DNA of 64,000 bases from a virus (IMGVR_UViG_3300026302_000005:209301-273300), one strand, 5' to 3'; shown: positions 45,801 to 53,647, counted from the stretch's first letter. The notes: generated from the letters alone by a model not told the origin. Translations and numbers: made by a program.

Positions 45801-45887
45801 TGGCAAGGGTGACAGGATTCGAACCTGCTTAACCTCACGGTCCCAGTTTTGGAGACTGGCCCAACCCTCCCGCGTTGGCGCACCCCT
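45801..45887 (-). tRNA. Atypical tRNA-Trp(CCA) with long variable arm
   Basis: A1-U72, G73, loop CT-CCA-AA, 5-bp D-stem, variable hairpin GACC-GTGA-GGTT; 87 nt. Confidence 0.7.
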
Positions 45888-45911
45888 GCAAAACTCTCTT
45901 CGAAGATGGCT

Positions 45912-45990
45912 CGGTCAGGGCGGTCGGATTCGAACCGACGATACTCCTGTTTCCAAAACAGGCGGATTAACCAGACTTTCCCACGCCCTG
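45912..45990 (-). tRNA. tRNA-Pro(UGG)
   Basis: Loop TT-TGG-AA; ends A-CCG (CCA not fully encoded). Confidence 0.88.
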
Positions 45991-46010
45991 ACGGAACCAT
46001 CTTACGGCTG

Positions 46011-46039
46011 TATTTAGAGGATCACGCCGATCCTGTCAA
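46011..46039 (-). promoter_or_regulatory. Promoter of the Pro/Trp tRNA cluster
   Basis: TTGACA-N17-TAAATA. Confidence 0.75.
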
Positions 46040-46096
46040 TAGACGATTGCAATCTTTTCCAAATCATCTACATTGACCTCAACAAAGGAGTTTACC

Positions 46097-46447
46097 ATGA
46101 CAGCTACCACCCCACCCGATACCCAGTTGATCTATGATGAGGGCGGGACCGTGATCGCATCCATTCCATACGAGGTGGAACGCATCCCGGTCTTAGCCAA
46201 ATCCCGGGCACTGTCCGCAACATGGACATGCGAACGACCACAGGTCCTCACAGCGGTCTTCGGTGGCATCCCTATCCGTGAAGCCTGGGCTATGCCGGTG
46301 CCACCCGGACTGACGCTGTGGCAGCGTATCAAGCGGCGTGTGCGTATCCTGATGGGTCGGTTCGGGATTGAAGACGTGCTGGCCGAAACGTTGGCGGCTG
46401 AAATCACCGCAGAGATCGACCGTGAACTGATCAATCGGCTACGCTGA
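46097..46447 (+). CDS. Short protein made of T4 gp23 (major capsid)-like segments
   Basis: AKSRALSATWTCERPQVL.AVFG and LAAEITAEIDRELINRL; AAGGAG SD. Confidence 0.65.
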   Translation: MTATTPPDTQLIYDEGGTVIASIPYEVERIPVLAKSRALSATWTCERPQVLTAVFGGIPIREAWAMPVPPGLTLWQRIKRRVRILMGRFGIEDVLAETLAAEITAEIDRELINRLR

Positions 46448-46455
46448 AACGACGA

Positions 46456-46479
46456 AGGCCCAGGATCGCTCCTGGGCCT
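46456..46479. terminator. Hairpin between convergent units
   Basis: AGGCCCAGG-atcgct-CCTGGGCCT. Confidence 0.6.
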
Positions 46480-46489
46480 CAACATCTAT

Positions 46490-46564
46490 TGGCGGTCTGC
46501 ACGGGACTCGAACCCGTTTTCTCAGCGTGACAGGCTGATGTAATAACCCGTATACCAGCAAACC
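46490..46564 (-). tRNA. tRNA-Asp(GUC)
   Basis: Loop CT-GTC-AC; G73; CCA. Confidence 0.92.
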
Positions 46565-46568
46565 GTGT

Positions 46569-46643
46569 TGGCGGAAACGACGGGGATTGAACCCGCGACC
46601 TTCGGATCGACAATCCGCTGCTCTACCACTGAGCTACGCTTCC
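46569..46643 (-). tRNA. tRNA-Asp(GUC), variant loop UU-GUC-GA
   Basis: Cloverleaf with a different body; G73; CCA. Confidence 0.85.
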
Positions 46644-46760
46644 AAACATGTTCATCAAGACCATCCCATTGTCAGAGGGAGGTAGGTGACGGGCAAGTGA
46701 ATGGCGTTGGGGTTTCACTGTGTGCAATACAATAACCCAGTGCCTTCGGCCCGTCTCGAA
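46644..46760 (-). ncRNA. Structured leader or ncRNA (element B) between promoter and tRNA-Asp pair
   Basis: GACGGGC/GCCCGTC helix; motif shared with element A. Confidence 0.5.
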
Positions 46761-46762
46761 TG

Positions 46763-46791
46763 TATTTAGGGCATCGTTTGTGATTCGTCAA
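46763..46791 (-). promoter_or_regulatory. Promoter of the Asp tRNA unit
   Basis: TTGACG-N17-TAAATA. Confidence 0.75.
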
Positions 46792-46900
46792 TAGGGTTGT
46801 AGTAGATTTCTGGGATAATCACTCCGACAAGGAGAATGAACCCTAAAACCAACGATACGATCAACCCCACTGGGGGTTCAGGTTTGCGATGTCTAGACAT
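46766..46900 (-). CDS. Small single-TMD protein, 44 aa (MSRHRKPEPPVGLIVSLVLG...)
   Basis: Hand translation; TAAATA 7 nt upstream; stop codon lies inside the next -10 box. Confidence 0.55.
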   Translation of the reverse strand: MSRHRKPEPPVGLIVSLVLGFILLVGVIIPEIYYNPIDESQTMP

Positions 46901-46913
46901 GGTGGAGTATTTA

Positions 46914-47405
46914 TCAGCGGGCGGTCCCGAACGTGGCCAGCCGGTGCGTCAGGCTGTCCAACTGCCGCTTGAGGTCATCGTCTTCTGAGGAGTCCGAATC
47001 GACCGGCTCTGCAACACCATACCTGGCTCGAAACGCGGCTTCATCGGCACGAGCTTTTTCTTTCCGCTCCATCTCGCTTCGGGCACTGGAGATTGCACGT
47101 TTCACGATACGCTCACACAGGGTGGTTGCGGCTTTTGTGACGTGCTGCTCCAGGTCGGGGGAGTGCATCTTCCAATCGAAAGTCCCATCCGTGAATGTCA
47201 AAATATGCCGACCTTCCACCCACACCGCAATGTGCTTCTCATCGATATCGTCATATGTGAAACTGAACTTCACATTGTCGATGTGAGGGCGGAACAGACT
47301 GCCAGATCGGGTGCTGTGACGATATTCATCATCCATGTCACCAGCGGCATCCGCATCGTAACCGGCTTGAATGATTTCCAGCAGCATGGTAGCGAGAGTG
47401 GTCAT
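46914..47405 (-). CDS. Hypothetical protein (start MTTLAT)
   Basis: AGGA SD; ATGA-coupled. Confidence 0.7.
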   Translation of the reverse strand: MTTLATMLLEIIQAGYDADAAGDMDDEYRHSTRSGSLFRPHIDNVKFSFTYDDIDEKHIAVWVEGRHILTFTDGTFDWKMHSPDLEQHVTKAATTLCERIVKRAISSARSEMERKEKARADEAAFRARYGVAEPVDSDSSEDDDLKRQLDSLTHRLATFGTAR

Positions 47406-47776
47406 TGATTTGTTCCTGATTTGACGATGGAGCAGAAGGTGCAGAACCGAGTGGTTCTCATTTGAACCAACTGGGCTTCCAGTTCTTTGATTTCGATGGT
47501 GCGGGCGTCCCAGTCGGCCTTGGCCCGAGTGTGCCACTCAAGAGCCCGCTCATACGATGGGAATACCGCAAGCACCTGTTCTGGGGCCACCAGATCGCGT
47601 CCATGATATGGGGTAACCAGTGACAGGACTTTCTTCCCGACGGTCTTTACCTGGCGGGGGCGGGGATAGATACCCTTCCGATCATCCGTATCATAGCCCA
47701 TGAATCCCACACCACAGTTACCGGTGGCATAGACGATCCAATCGTCGGGTTTGATCTGATCGAGAGTGTAGGTCAA
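47402..47776 (-). CDS. Hypothetical protein, 124 aa
   Basis: Coupled ORF. Confidence 0.7.
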   Translation of the reverse strand: MTYTLDQIKPDDWIVYATGNCGVGFMGYDTDDRKGIYPRPRQVKTVGKKVLSLVTPYHGRDLVAPEQVLAVFPSYERALEWHTRAKADWDARTIEIKELEAQLVQMRTTRFCTFCSIVKSGTNQ

Positions 47777-48000
47777 TATTCAATCTCCCATCTTCCCACT
47801 TCCAGCCTGCCGAGATACTCGTGGCGATCCATCCACCGCGATCCCGACACATAGCCGAATTGCGACGACCGAATGTGAACCTCGTCTGTGAACGGGTCGT
47901 ATCCGATGTGGGCCCATCCCACACCGGAGTCAAGGTTGTAGCTGAAATCCGGATGGTTCAACCAGAACCGAATGCGTTCGAGAATGGTGCGGAACATCAC
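47773..48000 (-). CDS. Hypothetical protein, 75 aa
   Basis: Coupled ORF. Confidence 0.6.
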   Translation of the reverse strand: MMFRTILERIRFWLNHPDFSYNLDSGVGWAHIGYDPFTDEVHIRSSQFGYVSGSRWMDRHEYLGRLEVGRWEIEY

Positions 48001-48143
48001 AAGGGCCCTCGTATTACTCGTTCATAGAAACACCGGGTGCAGACTTCGATGTCCGACCGATAGCTCATGCTGGCCATTACGTTCTCATGGACGAACCGAT
48101 GGAACCCAATCCAACATTTGATGCGGGACCACAACCGATGCAT
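47997..48143 (-). CDS. Small protein, 48 aa (MHRLWSRIKCWIGFH...)
   Basis: TGATG coupling; C/H...CxxC. Confidence 0.55.
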   Translation of the reverse strand: MHRLWSRIKCWIGFHRFVHENVMASMSYRSDIEVCTRCFYERVIRGPL

Positions 48144-48298
48144 CACGATTTCCTCGGAACATACGGGACGCCCGCCCGGGTTTTCGGTCGAGGAATCAGG
48201 CCCGCCTCGATCAGCTTGTTCCAACGAATCCGCTCGATGACAATACCGATGACGATGCCAGCCAGGAGACCGATAAGTCCTACCAGAAACATATCCAT
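48143..48298 (-). CDS. Small membrane protein, 51 aa
   Basis: Hand translation; GGAGG SD; one TMD. Confidence 0.65.
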   Translation of the reverse strand: MDMFLVGLIGLLAGIVIGIVIERIRWNKLIEAGLIPRPKTRAGVPYVPRKS

Positions 48299-48312
48299 GA
48301 TGATCCTCCAGA

Positions 48313-48672
48313 TCAAGCGTTGTAGGCCGCACCATGCGGGCCCATACGGGCGATGCCGTTGTTGGCGTCGAAGATATTGCCACGGGCACCACGGGCAGGC
48401 GAAGCCCAGCCATCGGCCTTGAACACGTCACCGGCTTTCCACGAACCCATCTTCTTGTTCGATCCGTCAGCAACCGCCACGAAGCAGTGGGCGGAGTCGC
48501 CCTGGCCACGATCCGTGCGAATCACGCGGATGAACGTCTTGCCGCCGACCGAAGTCGAAATCTGGGGCTTCGGCAGGGTGGAGAAGTTACGCTCCATATA
48601 CATGTCCGAGATGGTCTGGCATCCGGAGACGAACGAATTCAGAGCGGCGGTGAAGTCCATCGATGCGTAGTT
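48313..48672 (-). CDS. Conserved early phage protein
   Basis: GDVFKADGWASPARGARGNIF motif; strong codon bias. Confidence 0.8.
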   Translation of the reverse strand, partial: NYASMDFTAALNSFVSGCQTISDMYMERNFSTLPKPQISTSVGGKTFIRVIRTDRGQGDSAHCFVAVADGSNKKMGSWKAGDVFKADGWASPARGARGNIFDANNGIARMGPHGAAYNA

Positions 48673-48701
48673 CATGATCATCTCCATGTTTCGTTGCACC
48701 T

Positions 48702-48730
48702 GGTATACCAGGATTACGTTGATTCGTCAA
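48702..48730 (-). promoter_or_regulatory. Early promoter
   Basis: TTGACG-N17-TATACC. Confidence 0.75.
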
Positions 48731-48739
48731 GAACTACTT

Positions 48740-48931
48740 TCAAGACGCCTCAATAAGGCTGGTTAGGGCGTCGATTTCGGCTTGATAACCCGCCCTGATC
48801 CGTTCCGACTTGAACTTGTTCAGTTGCCGCATTGCAAGGGTAATCTCCCGTGACAGATCGCACCCGGTGTCTTTGCAACGTTGCGCGAATTGGGCTGCGT
48901 CTTTGAGTTGCTTGGGGGTCGGATATTCCAT
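48740..48931 (-). CDS. Hypothetical protein, 63 aa (MEYPTPKQ...)
   Basis: GAGGAG SD; promoter-like TTGACA at 48982-48987. Confidence 0.65.
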   Translation of the reverse strand: MEYPTPKQLKDAAQFAQRCKDTGCDLSREITLAMRQLNKFKSERIRAGYQAEIDALTSLIEAS

Positions 48932-48983
48932 GGAACATCTCCTCACTTCGTTGAACCCTATATGCCACGGGCACCGTGATTTG

Positions 48984-49196
48984 TCAAGAAAAATATGCGA
49001 TCTGACTGATCTCATCTCGAACAAACTGGTAGTTCGAGTGTAATGCATTGGTCCCGAGGTTCCAGGAATATCCCCATGCGATGTTCCAGATGGCATCCAG
49101 CACATTCTGGGGTGCTCCAGGAAGGCCATACTCGGCCTCACACGTGGCACGAAGCGAAGCCTCTCGATCCCGTATTGCGGTGGTGATATCGCTCAT
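48984..49196 (-). CDS. Hypothetical protein, 70 aa
   Basis: Coupled ORF. Confidence 0.65.
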   Translation of the reverse strand: MSDITTAIRDREASLRATCEAEYGLPGAPQNVLDAIWNIAWGYSWNLGTNALHSNYQFVRDEISQIAYFS

Positions 49197-49585
49197 ACTG
49201 GGTCATCCGGGTTCGTGTGAATCGGCATCGGTTGGAACGGTTGGAGCCGCACCGGTTTCAGGTTACCAGGGTGGGATACCCAGGGAGAATCCGGAGCCCC
49301 ATAGACGTCTTCCCAACTCTGGTGAACCCAGTTTGGCTTGTCATCGATCCAGATGTCAATCGAGCGTCCCAGTTCGAGGCTGGTGTGGTGTTTTGCGGTT
49401 CCTGCCGTATAGATGATTTCGTCACACACCGCATGGTAGTGTTCACAGGTGATCTCCTGTTCCCGGTTTCGGAACGTCACACCAATGATGGTGAACCCGG
49501 CCTGTTTGAGCAACCGCAGAGCAGCCGCCCAAACCTCGGGGTTGACCGAGAAGGTGTCATCGTAGTCAACCCCGATGGTTCTCAT
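49193..49585 (-). CDS. HAD-like phosphatase
   Basis: IGVDYDDTF, VTFR, IDIWIDD. Confidence 0.75.
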   Translation of the reverse strand: MRTIGVDYDDTFSVNPEVWAAALRLLKQAGFTIIGVTFRNREQEITCEHYHAVCDEIIYTAGTAKHHTSLELGRSIDIWIDDKPNWVHQSWEDVYGAPDSPWVSHPGNLKPVRLQPFQPMPIHTNPDDPV

Positions 49586-49935
49586 GCTGCCACCAGGTCC
49601 AGGTTCTGGGCCCGCTCGGTGTCGTATTGCTCGACGATCCATCCGTTCTGGACCCGATATTCGGCCACGAATGCTTGCACCCATTCATCGATCCCAATCA
49701 GGATTTTTGCCCGAGCCACTTCCCGGTCATATTCCGACGTGATGGTGCCATCGACGCGGCGGGTTGCAGCGATACGAATCTCACCCTTGGTGTAGGGAAC
49801 CAGCCGATAGGTGGCGGCGTTTCCCCACTCCGCAAATAGCCGGTCGATGGATCGAATCAGAAGATGCGGATACTGGTAGGCCCAGAGTGCGCTGATTCCC
49901 AGGGTGCTGCTGCTGGTGGAGGGATGAATGCTCAT
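49582..49935 (-). CDS. Hypothetical protein, 117 aa
   Basis: Coupled ORF. Confidence 0.65.
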   Translation of the reverse strand: MSIHPSTSSSTLGISALWAYQYPHLLIRSIDRLFAEWGNAATYRLVPYTKGEIRIAATRRVDGTITSEYDREVARAKILIGIDEWVQAFVAEYRVQNGWIVEQYDTERAQNLDLVAA

Positions 49936-50081
49936 GCTGCTTTCCTTTGGTTCTGTTCCTGCCGCAAGCTTTTCAGCATGGCCGACAATTCGGTGCTGGT
50001 GCGGGGAAGCTTTTGTTTCTCATCACGGCCCAGGTCAAGCAGGGCCAGACGGATGTGGATGCAGAGGTCACGGTTTGTCAT
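49932..50081 (-). CDS. Small protein, 49 aa (MTNRDLC...)
   Basis: Hand translation; ATGA overlaps on both sides. Confidence 0.6.
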   Translation of the reverse strand: MTNRDLCIHIRLALLDLGRDEKQKLPRTSTELSAMLKSLRQEQNQRKAA

Positions 50082-50302
50082 GCTGTCACCTTTTCGGTAA
50101 TGATACCGGCTTCGATCAGATCACGTGCGGTGCGACCGAACCAGCCTTGGAGTTGCCATGCCAGCCCGGTATCGACCAGGAACTGCCATGCCTCGATCAC
50201 CTCTTGCTCATCCTCGGCGTCGATGAAACCTTCGGCCAGTCCGACGGCCCGGTAGTTGGTCATCACTTCACGGGGTGCGGGGGTATCCAGAATATCGCTC
50301 AT
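50078..50302 (-). CDS. Conserved small phage protein
   Basis: AWQFLVDTGLAWQLQGWFGRTARDLIEAG; GGAGG SD. Confidence 0.8.
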   Translation of the reverse strand: MSDILDTPAPREVMTNYRAVGLAEGFIDAEDEQEVIEAWQFLVDTGLAWQLQGWFGRTARDLIEAGIITEKVTA

Positions 50303-50328
50303 TACTTGCCTCCGGTTCAGGTGAGCCA

Positions 50329-50357
50329 GATATACCGGAATGATCATTGTTTGTCAA
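50329..50357 (-). promoter_or_regulatory. Early promoter
   Basis: TTGACA-N17-TATATC. Confidence 0.7.
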
Positions 50358-50483
50358 GAACTAAATGTGTCGCATTTTTGTAACACTAACCATGATGGGA
50401 TTGATCCGATCTTGCAACCCCATGATGTGTGACCTAAATCCATCCGTAGCGGCAATGACCGCACAACCCTGTTTGGAGTTCCC

Positions 50484-50981
50484 ATGAAGAAAATTCTACT
50501 CGTATCGGCTCTGGCCGCACTGACCTCGACTTCTGCGTTTGCTGGCGGTTTGACCTATGGCCTGGATGACCCGGAAGTTCTGGCTCCTGCTGCTGATCTG
50601 TCCTGGACCGGTCTGTATGCTGGTGTGAGCCTTGGCTCGGAAGTCGAAGGTGGCGCAAATGACGCCTCGGTCGGTGTCCATCTCGGCTACCGCTATGATC
50701 TCGGCAACGTCGTCCTGGGCGCAGAAGGCAGCTATGCCACCGAGTTCAACAATGGCAGTGATGACCGGTCGGCTCTCGAAGCATCGGCTGGCTATGACTT
50801 CGGCGATATCCTGACCTACGGAAGCGTCGGCTATGCCTGGGACAATGGCGAAGGTGCCGTGTATGGCGTCGGTGCGGACTATCGTCTGGACGCGAACAAC
50901 GTGATCGGCGTCAAGGCGACCTATGACGACTTCGGCACGAACGAAGTCAACGTATCGGCTCGCTATTCGTTCCAGTTCTGA
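50484..50981 (+). CDS. Outer-membrane beta-barrel protein (Omp25/RopB-like), copy 1
   Basis: Signal peptide AFA, WTGLYAG, alternating aromatic strands, C-terminal YSFQF. Confidence 0.85.
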   Translation: MKKILLVSALAALTSTSAFAGGLTYGLDDPEVLAPAADLSWTGLYAGVSLGSEVEGGANDASVGVHLGYRYDLGNVVLGAEGSYATEFNNGSDDRSALEASAGYDFGDILTYGSVGYAWDNGEGAVYGVGADYRLDANNVIGVKATYDDFGTNEVNVSARYSFQF

Positions 50982-51001
50982 TCTTCGGATCAATGATGCC
51001 A

Positions 51002-51031
51002 AAAGGGGCCCGGGAAATCCTGGGCCCCTTT
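51002..51031. terminator. Intrinsic terminator
   Basis: AAAGGGGCCCGGG-aaat-CCTGGGCCCCTTT. Confidence 0.8.
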
Positions 51032-51172
51032 CATTATGCTGATACATTTTTATCACACCAACTGGTTCATTCAATTGGTAGTCAATCTATTGGTTGCATA
51101 GTTGAATGAAACCGTGTAGGTAGTGGGAAGCGGCGAATGGGCCGTGGATAACAACCCTATGGAGCTTTCCAC

Positions 51173-51646
51173 ATGAAGAAACTTCTGATCCTCTCCACCC
51201 TGATCGGCTCGTTCGCCACCGCATCGTTCGCCGAAGACGTTGATCTCGGCCTCGACTTCTTCCCGTCCTGGAACGGCGTCTATGGTGGCGTTTCGCTGGG
51301 CGGTGATGTCGCTGGCGGCAACGATCTGGACTTCGGTGCCCACCTGACCTATCGCCACGAAGTCACCAACGAATTCCTCGTGGGCGTCGAAGGCAGCTAT
51401 GCAACGTCGCTTGGCGGCAATGGCGATGACCGTGCGGCCCTGGAAGCGATGGCTGGCTACAACTTCGGCCCCCTGGTGACCTACGTCAGCGCCGGGTATG
51501 CCTGGGACAACGGTGAGGGCGGCGTCTATGGCGTGGGCGTGGACTACCGCACGGTCTCGAAAGACGTGATCGGCGTCAAGGTCACCTACGACGACTTCGG
51601 CTCGAACGAAACGAACCTGTCGGTTCGCTATTCCTTCGACTTCTGA
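51173..51646 (+). CDS. Outer-membrane beta-barrel protein, copy 2 (paralogue)
   Basis: Signal peptide; shared LTYxSxGYAWDNGEGxVYGVGxDYR; C-terminal YSFDF. Confidence 0.85.
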   Translation: MKKLLILSTLIGSFATASFAEDVDLGLDFFPSWNGVYGGVSLGGDVAGGNDLDFGAHLTYRHEVTNEFLVGVEGSYATSLGGNGDDRAALEAMAGYNFGPLVTYVSAGYAWDNGEGGVYGVGVDYRTVSKDVIGVKVTYDDFGSNETNLSVRYSFDF

Positions 51647-51665
51647 TCGACGCATACCATCGATG

Positions 51666-51697
51666 AAAAGGGCCTGGGAATTTCCCAGGCCCTTTTT
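51666..51697. terminator. Bidirectional intrinsic terminator
   Basis: AAAAGGGCCTGGGAA-t-TTCCCAGGCCCTTTT. Confidence 0.85.
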
Positions 51698-52344
51698 CAT
51701 TTGCTCCAGTCGATCAGGGGAAGGTGGTGATCAGCAAAGAACCGATTGGTTTTGGAGAATATCCGGGAGCCAATGAATCCGCCACCGGTGCCGATCCGAG
51801 TCGGTCCATTACAGGATATCACCAGGTGATTGCGGGATAGCACGGTGGGGGCGATCAGCCGTGGTAAATCCCCAAGCTTCACTATGACCAGATGCTCCAC
51901 CAGGGCCACAGCAGCCTCGATTGCTTCCTGTATTAAGCCGTGCCACCCATGATCCACTGGAACGCTCAGGGAGCAGTTCAGCAGCAACACGCCCTGTTGG
52001 GCCCATCCCGTTAGCGATCCATTATGGTGATGATCTACACCGGTGTCCAATAGAAGCTCATCGAACAGGCTGATCAGTCCACCAGGAAGCGGGGATACAG
52101 ATGGAGCAACTGAAAACGCCAAACCATCGGATACCCCCGGGGTATCATATGGGGCTTCGCCCAGGATGATCACACGGGTTTGGTCTGGGCTGAAATACCG
52201 AAATGGCTCCAACAGGTAATCGACCTGTGGAACCGGTGGTCTATTGGAAAGCTCTTGCTGGGAAAGTCGGTGCATCACCCCATCGTAGTTCGAAGACTCA
52301 AACCATGGGAGAAGACTTACCCACTCATTCAGGTGATCGGTCAA
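51697..52344 (-). CDS. Family 1 uracil-DNA glycosylase homologue with altered catalytic motifs
   Basis: VIILGEAPYD, GLAFSV, WAQQGVLLLN. Confidence 0.8.
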   Translation of the reverse strand: MTDHLNEWVSLLPWFESSNYDGVMHRLSQQELSNRPPVPQVDYLLEPFRYFSPDQTRVIILGEAPYDTPGVSDGLAFSVAPSVSPLPGGLISLFDELLLDTGVDHHHNGSLTGWAQQGVLLLNCSLSVPVDHGWHGLIQEAIEAAVALVEHLVIVKLGDLPRLIAPTVLSRNHLVISCNGPTRIGTGGGFIGSRIFSKTNRFFADHHLPLIDWSK

Positions 52345-52582
52345 TCTGTAGGTCCATCACGCCGATCTGAACAGCGATATGCTGAGCGATCTCTGCATTA
52401 TCGTAGTCACCATCGCTGGAAAAGAAATCGGCCTGCTCCAGAAGCCAGGACTGCATCTCTTCCACCGTTTGAGGCAACACAACCGGGGTCACGTCATCCA
52501 TTGTATCATCCTCCAGATCAGGCTCGATACCCCTGCCGTGAAACACGGCGGCACACAGATCGATAAAGAAATCGATAATCAC
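52325..52582 (-). CDS. Acidic hypothetical protein
   Basis: Coupled ORF. Confidence 0.6.
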   Translation of the reverse strand: MIIDFFIDLCAAVFHGRGIEPDLEDDTMDDVTPVVLPQTVEEMQSWLLEQADFFSSDGDYDNAEIAQHIAVQIGVMDLQIDRSPE

Positions 52583-52902
52583 GACGACACCCGGTTTACA
52601 GCATACCGAGCCAGGTCTTCCGTAACCATCTCGGTAACCCTGGACAAGATCGCCGGATCAAGATCGCCTCGGGGAATATACCCGGGTGACGACATGCGGA
52701 CGTATTCGGCCAGTGCTGCAAGCTCTGTGGTATCTATTCCGGGATTTGTGGTTTTCATCTTGGAGACGAACCGGGCACCGTTTTCTGCGATCACCCGCCA
52801 CATCATATCCCGGTTCACCGACTGCCCCACCCGTAGGCCGAGCCGAGCCATCACCTCGGGAAAAGATTCCACGGATGATCCGTTGTGCATGACATATGCC
52901 AT
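52579..52902 (-). CDS. Hypothetical protein, 107 aa
   Basis: TAATG coupling. Confidence 0.7.
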   Translation of the reverse strand: MAYVMHNGSSVESFPEVMARLGLRVGQSVNRDMMWRVIAENGARFVSKMKTTNPGIDTTELAALAEYVRMSSPGYIPRGDLDPAILSRVTEMVTEDLARYAVNRVSS

Positions 52903-53327
52903 TATGCCACCTCTGCGGCTTTCGGAAACAACGTGGCCTGCCCCTGCTCGACCTGACGAATCGCTTCCACGATGTTTGCCAGTGCCCGCAGGGTGCCTTG
53001 ATCGGCAAGTGCCCGCATCGGATTGGTCGAGGCCGATGTTGACGTGGCCTTGTTCATCAATTGCTGGGTGGCATGATCCCGCAGTCCATCGATCAGATCA
53101 TTCTGGGACAGCGGCGGTGCAGTCTCCATACGCTTCACCAGGCTCTCGTATTCCATCCCCTCGGCTGCGAGGCGGGAGATGTCAGCGGCGTCCCAGTTGA
53201 ACCGGGATTCGAAGCCAACAATGGAGGTTTCCGCCACCAGCTTTTGGGTGAACCCATGCAGCGTTGCCCGAACGTCCATCAACGAGGTCTTGGCCCAGTC
53301 CAGCAGATTGTCACGAACGAAGATCAT
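52902..53327 (-). CDS. Early hypothetical protein, 141 aa
   Basis: GGGAG SD; early promoter upstream. Confidence 0.75.
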   Translation of the reverse strand: MIFVRDNLLDWAKTSLMDVRATLHGFTQKLVAETSIVGFESRFNWDAADISRLAAEGMEYESLVKRMETAPPLSQNDLIDGLRDHATQQLMNKATSTSASTNPMRALADQGTLRALANIVEAIRQVEQGQATLFPKAAEVA

Positions 53328-53356
53328 CTTGTTGCTCCCGAGTTGCGTTACACATG

Positions 53357-53385
53357 CATCTATCAGGATTGGGGCAATTCGTCAA
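53357..53385 (-). promoter_or_regulatory. Early promoter
   Basis: TTGACG-N17-TAGATG. Confidence 0.65.
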
Positions 53386-53395
53386 GTCTTATATT

Positions 53396-53471
53396 TGGCT
53401 GGAGACCCCGGCTTCGAACCAGGCCCTTCCTGCTTCAAAGGCAGGTGCTCTACCAACTAAGCTAGTCTCCA
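53396..53471 (-). tRNA. tRNA-Gln(UUG)
   Basis: U1-A72, G73, loop CT-TTG-AA, CCA. Confidence 0.9.
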
Positions 53472-53481
53472 ACAGGTAGAT

Positions 53482-53556
53482 TGGCTGGGGCGGTAGGATT
53501 CGAACCCACGTATGTCGGAATCAAAGTCCGATGCCTTACCACTTGGCGACACCCCA
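53482..53556 (-). tRNA. tRNA-Gln(UUG), different body
   Basis: TGGGGTG.., loop CT-TTG-AT, G73, CCA. Confidence 0.95.
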
Positions 53557-53568
53557 ACGGTGTTGTTT

Positions 53569-53644
53569 TGGCTGGAAGTCCAGGCATCGAACCTGGGCCC
53601 TCGACATTCAGAGTGTCGCGCTCTACCAACTAAGCTAACTTCCA
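53569..53644 (-). tRNA. tRNA-Gln(CUG)
   Basis: U1-A72, loop CT-CTG-AA, G73, CCA. Confidence 0.92.
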
Positions 53645-53647
53645 AGA

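Noticed and set aside
45801-45887. tRNA-Sec (selC)
   Set aside because: The anticodon is CCA, not UCA, and the acceptor is a 7-bp Trp type.
45758-46000. 80-aa ORF (MVPSGRG..) as a Pro leader
   Set aside because: No SD, and it is simply the tRNA sequences read in frame.
46644-46760. Asp-codon leader peptide for the tRNA-Asp pair
   Set aside because: No SD-led ORF with an Asp run was found in any minus-strand frame.
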